DNA from: Candidatus Limnocylindria bacterium
GTDB lineage: Bacteria > Chloroflexota > Limnocylindria > Limnocylindrales > CSP1-4
Length of the DNA: 39,263 bases
Reading direction: 5' to 3'
Assembly: GCA_041483455.1 (NCBI GenBank)
Contig: JBGPFS010000002.1
Location: forward strand, 1-39,263
Numbering within the stretch: the stretch's first letter is position 1; each line of letters begins with the position of its first letter. The position numbers and the translations under genes are program-made. Below are positions 36,247 through 39,263 of this stretch, one piece after another. Below the pieces are notes generated by a model. That model made no database searches and was not told the DNA's origin. It saw only the letters and a list, made by a program, of their open reading frames with translations.

Positions 36247-37560
36247 ATGTCCCTTCCCGTCGTCCGGTTCAGCGATGAGCGGCTGGCCAACGGCCTGCGA
36301 CTGATCGTCGCCGAGGACCACCTGGCCCCGGTGGTGGCGGTGAACATCTGGTACAACGTCGGCTCGAAGAACGAGGTCCCGGGCAAGACCGGTTTCGCCC
36401 ATCTCTTCGAGCACATCATGTTCCAGGGTTCGCGCCATGTCGCGAAGTCACAGCACTTCGCGCTCGTGCAGGCGGCCGGCGGGACGTTGAACGGGACGAC
36501 CTGGCTCGATCGGACCAACTACTACGAGACGCTTCCGTCGAACCAGCTGGAGCTCGCGCTATGGCTCGAGGCGGATCGGCTGGGGACGCTCCTCGACGCG
36601 CTCAGCCAGGAGAACCTGGACAACCAGCGCGAGGTCGTCAAGAACGAGAAGCGCTCGTCGTACGACAACCGACCGTACGGCAGCTGGGCCGAGAAGCTCC
36701 AGGCCCACCTCTATCCGGAAGGCCACCCCTACCACCACCCGACGATCGGATCGATGGAGGACCTCGACGCGGCGTCGCTCGACGACGTCGCCGACTTCTT
36801 CCGGACCTGGTACGCGCCCGACAACGCGGTCCTCGCGATCGTCGGCGACGTGGAGACCGGCCTGGCCCGGGCCTCGGTGAAGCGCTACTTCGGGAGGCTC
36901 CAGAGACGAACGGTCGTCCCGCCGATCGGCGACCTCTCGCTCCCGCCGATCCTGGGCGAGGAGCGCCGCGAGGTCGTCGAGGATCGCGTGCAGCTGCCGC
37001 GGATCTTCTTCGGCTTTCGTGCCCCGGCGTTCGGCGACCCGCGCTTCGAAGCCCTCGAGGTGGGGATGCAGATCCTGGCCGGGGGCAAGGGGAGCCGGCT
37101 CCATCGACGCCTGGTGCGCGACGAGCGGATCGCCCAGGACGTCACCGCCTTCCCACTCGGGTTCGTCGGCGGGGCATCGATGGCCGCTGGCTGGGCGACG
37201 GTCCGGCCGGGGATCGCCGTCGAGCGGGTCGAGACGGCCTTCCTCGAGGAGCTCGCCCGGTTGGGCGCCGAACGCGTGAGCGACGACGAGCTCGTGCGGG
37301 CCCGGGCGCTCATCGAGACCGAGGAGCTGGGGGCGCTCCAGCGAGTGGAAGAGCGAGCCGACCGGCTGGCGATGGATGCCACGCTGTTCGACGAGCCGGG
37401 CCGGATCAACACGATGCTGGAGCGTTACCTGGGGGTCTCGGCCGAGCAGATCAGGGAGGTATCGGAGGCGGTCTTCCGCCCCGACAACCGGGTGGTCCTC
37501 ACCTACCTCCCGACGACGGTGGCAGCCCCGGTCGCCGCGACCGCGGAGCCGGTGGCATGA
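36247..37560 (+). CDS. M16-family (pitrilysin/insulinase) zinc peptidase, catalytic subunit
   Basis: Track ORF 35980..37560 trimmed to ATG 36247, with GGAGG 9 nt upstream. The zinc motif is GFAHLFEHIMFQGS (HxxEH), with NEKRS downstream. Confidence 0.9.
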   Translation: MSLPVVRFSDERLANGLRLIVAEDHLAPVVAVNIWYNVGSKNEVPGKTGFAHLFEHIMFQGSRHVAKSQHFALVQAAGGTLNGTTWLDRTNYYETLPSNQLELALWLEADRLGTLLDALSQENLDNQREVVKNEKRSSYDNRPYGSWAEKLQAHLYPEGHPYHHPTIGSMEDLDAASLDDVADFFRTWYAPDNAVLAIVGDVETGLARASVKRYFGRLQRRTVVPPIGDLSLPPILGEERREVVEDRVQLPRIFFGFRAPAFGDPRFEALEVGMQILAGGKGSRLHRRLVRDERIAQDVTAFPLGFVGGASMAAGWATVRPGIAVERVETAFLEELARLGAERVSDDELVRARALIETEELGALQRVEERADRLAMDATLFDEPGRINTMLERYLGVSAEQIREVSEAVFRPDNRVVLTYLPTTVAAPVAATAEPVA

Positions 37561-38963
37561 CCGAGTCGACCGTCATCTCGACGCGACCGATACCGGGCCA
37601 CCCCCACCCGTACGCTTTCCCGGCCTTCGAGCGGCAGGCCCTGGCCAACGGGCTGACCGTCGTCCGCTGCGATCTGCCCGGTCGGCCCCTCGTGTCGGCC
37701 ACGCTGGTCATCCGGAACGGCGCCGCCGACGAGCCCGCCGAGGTCGCCGGGGCGACGGTCCTGGCCGCCCGCGGGCTGTCGGAGGGGACCGAGCGGTTCG
37801 ACGCGATCGCCCTCGTCGAGGCGGCCGAGCGACTGGGCGCGAGCCTCCACGCCGACGCAGGCTGGGACGCCTCGACCGCCGCGGTCGAGGTCCCCGCGAC
37901 CCGGCTCGAGCCCGCCCTCGAGCTTCTGGCCGAGCTGGTCGCCCAGCCCACCTTCCCGGCCGCCGAGGTGGAACGGCTCCGCGACGAGCGGCTCAACGAC
38001 CTGCTCCAGGCTCGGGCCGACCCGCGGCGCCGCGTCGACGAGGCGTTCGCCGACGCGATCTACGCCCCCGATTCGCCCTACCATCGGCCGGCCGGCGGAC
38101 TCCGCGAGACGGTGGAGCCGTTGGATCGGAGCGTCCTCGCCGAGACGTTCCGGCGCGGGCTCGACCCCGCCCGCCTGACCTTGATCGTCGGGGGCGACCT
38201 GGACGGCCTGGAACTCATCCCGGTCGTCGAGCGCCTGTTCGGGGGGTGGATCCGTTCGGCGGAGGCAGCGGCGGCCGGCCCGATCGTCGACCGTCCCGCC
38301 GCGGGTGGGGCGCGGGTCCGCCTCGTCGACCGGCCGGGCTCGGTCCAGACCGAGATCCGGGTCGGCCATGTCGGTGTGCCGCGCGCCGTTCCCGACTACC
38401 ACGCGATCGCCGTGCTGAGCGCCATCCTGGGGGGTCTGTTCAACTCGCGCCTCAACCTCAAGCTCCGCGAGGAGAAGGGCTACACGTACGGGGCCGGGGC
38501 CGGATTCGACTTCCGGCGAGCCGCCGGGCCGTTCTCGGCGCGGGCCGCCGTCAACACCGAGGTGACGGCGGCCGCGCTCGCCGACCTGCTCGCTGAGCTC
38601 GAGCGGATCCGCGAGGCCCCGGTCACCGACGCCGAGCTCTCGGCTGCCCGCGACTTCCTGGTCGGCGTCTTCCCGCTCCGGTTCGAGACCCCGGGCCCGG
38701 TCGTCGGAGCACTCGGCGGCCTCGTCGTCCACGATCTCCCGGACGATGAGCTGGTCCACTTCCGGGAGCGGATCGAGGCGGTCAGCGCCGCCGACATCCT
38801 GAGCTCGGCGCGCCGACGGATCGACGTCGAGGGGGCGCGGATCGTTCTCGTAGGCGATGCGGCCCGCGTTGCCGGGGACCTCGAGGGGGCGGGCTTCGGG
38901 CCGCTCGAGGTGGTGCGCGACGACGTGCTGGCGGGCGGACCAGCGGGCGCTACCCCGGGCTGA
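37557..38963 (+). CDS. M16-family peptidase-like protein, non-catalytic partner (no HxxEH)
   Basis: Tail of track ORF 36561..38963 from ATG 37557, with an ATGA overlap. It has the M16 fold signature (NSRLNLKLREEKGYTYGA) but lacks the zinc motif. Confidence 0.85.
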   Translation: MTESTVISTRPIPGHPHPYAFPAFERQALANGLTVVRCDLPGRPLVSATLVIRNGAADEPAEVAGATVLAARGLSEGTERFDAIALVEAAERLGASLHADAGWDASTAAVEVPATRLEPALELLAELVAQPTFPAAEVERLRDERLNDLLQARADPRRRVDEAFADAIYAPDSPYHRPAGGLRETVEPLDRSVLAETFRRGLDPARLTLIVGGDLDGLELIPVVERLFGGWIRSAEAAAAGPIVDRPAAGGARVRLVDRPGSVQTEIRVGHVGVPRAVPDYHAIAVLSAILGGLFNSRLNLKLREEKGYTYGAGAGFDFRRAAGPFSARAAVNTEVTAAALADLLAELERIREAPVTDAELSAARDFLVGVFPLRFETPGPVVGALGGLVVHDLPDDELVHFRERIEAVSAADILSSARRRIDVEGARIVLVGDAARVAGDLEGAGFGPLEVVRDDVLAGGPAGATPG

Positions 38964-39093
38964 CCCGGCGGCGTTCGGCGGCCGGGGCCGGATCCGTCGG
39001 TGTGTCCTGAAACCTTGGGCCCGTCTCCCGTCTCAGGCTGGATGAATGGGTCCGACAGGTGACCCGAATCGAACCGACCGGGAGACCACTGCC

Positions 39094-39263
39094 GTGAATG
39101 ACCGTTTCGTCCGCGGGATCGCCGCTGCCGCCGTGGCCACGTTCCTCGTGGCGGGCGCCGCGCTCGGCGCCGACGCGATCCTCCATCCGCCCTCCGCTCA
39201 CGGCCAGCCCGCCTTCGGGCCGGTGAATGCCGTGGACCTGACGACCAAGGTCGCCGAGACCGC
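39094..39263 (+). CDS. Secreted/membrane-anchored hypothetical protein, N-terminal fragment (runs off the right edge)
   Basis: GTG 39094 has GGGAG 9 nt upstream. The product VNDRFVRGIAAAAVATFLVAGAALGADA.. is signal-peptide-like with high GC3. It is not in the track because it is truncated. Confidence 0.5.
   Translation, partial: MNDRFVRGIAAAAVATFLVAGAALGADAILHPPSAHGQPAFGPVNAVDLTTKVAET

Noticed and set aside
36119-36304. A 61-aa ORF starting inside operator copy A and overlapping the M16 start, plus a TTG at 36153 just after the SD-like GGGGAGG.
   Set aside because: The translations are not protein-like, and there is no -10 at the leaderless spacing. The frame overlaps the well-supported M16 start. 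I treated the region as 5' UTR/operator instead.
39060-39082. A T-loop-like GGTTCGATTCG on the minus strand, which could be a tRNA or tmRNA fragment.
   Set aside because: No complementary T-stem, acceptor stem or anticodon arm can be drawn around it.

Overview
This is very GC-rich chromosomal DNA; third codon positions are almost always G/C. Gene content and promoter style look actinobacterium-like (F420-type LLM enzyme, DUF4032, DinB-family proteins, many leaderless starts), but the taxon cannot be fixed from sequence alone. I support 39 protein-coding genes (two cut by the window edges) and one tRNA-Lys(CUU). Most of the content is core metabolism: carA-carB, folE, trxA, a threonine-dehydratase-like PLP enzyme, an M16 peptidase pair, hydrolases and membrane proteins. 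There is also a split B12-dependent acyl-CoA mutase, with the large subunit at 11.6 kb and the B12-binding subunit plus MeaB at 19.3 kb. These are followed by 3-hydroxybutyryl-CoA dehydrogenase, acyl-CoA dehydrogenase, thiolase and an aldehyde dehydrogenase. Regulators are one ECF sigma factor, two ArsR-family proteins and one XRE-HTH/nuclease-like protein. I found no CRISPR array, rRNA, transposase, integrase or prophage genes. Many gene junctions are 4-nt ATGA/GTGA overlaps, which indicates operons. Long track ORFs antisense to these genes are stop-poor GC artefacts. The observations most worth follow-up are: (i) an ECF sigma factor translationally coupled to an Ogt protein with a C-terminal Ada-type Zn(Cys4) module and no classical anti-sigma; (ii) an LLM-oxidoreductase::MenA-type prenyltransferase fusion; (iii) a strikingly regular TAnnnT-N6-start-codon architecture (leaderless genes), including a 21-bp bidirectional promoter; (iv) isobutyryl-CoA-mutase-type specificity residues in the 'methylmalonyl-CoA mutase' next to butyryl-CoA oxidation genes; (v) a shared 21-nt palindromic motif on both sides of a large ArsR-like regulator; (vi) twin identical hairpins in the carA leader; (vii) a DUF4032 gene whose conserved N-terminus has no canonical start codon.
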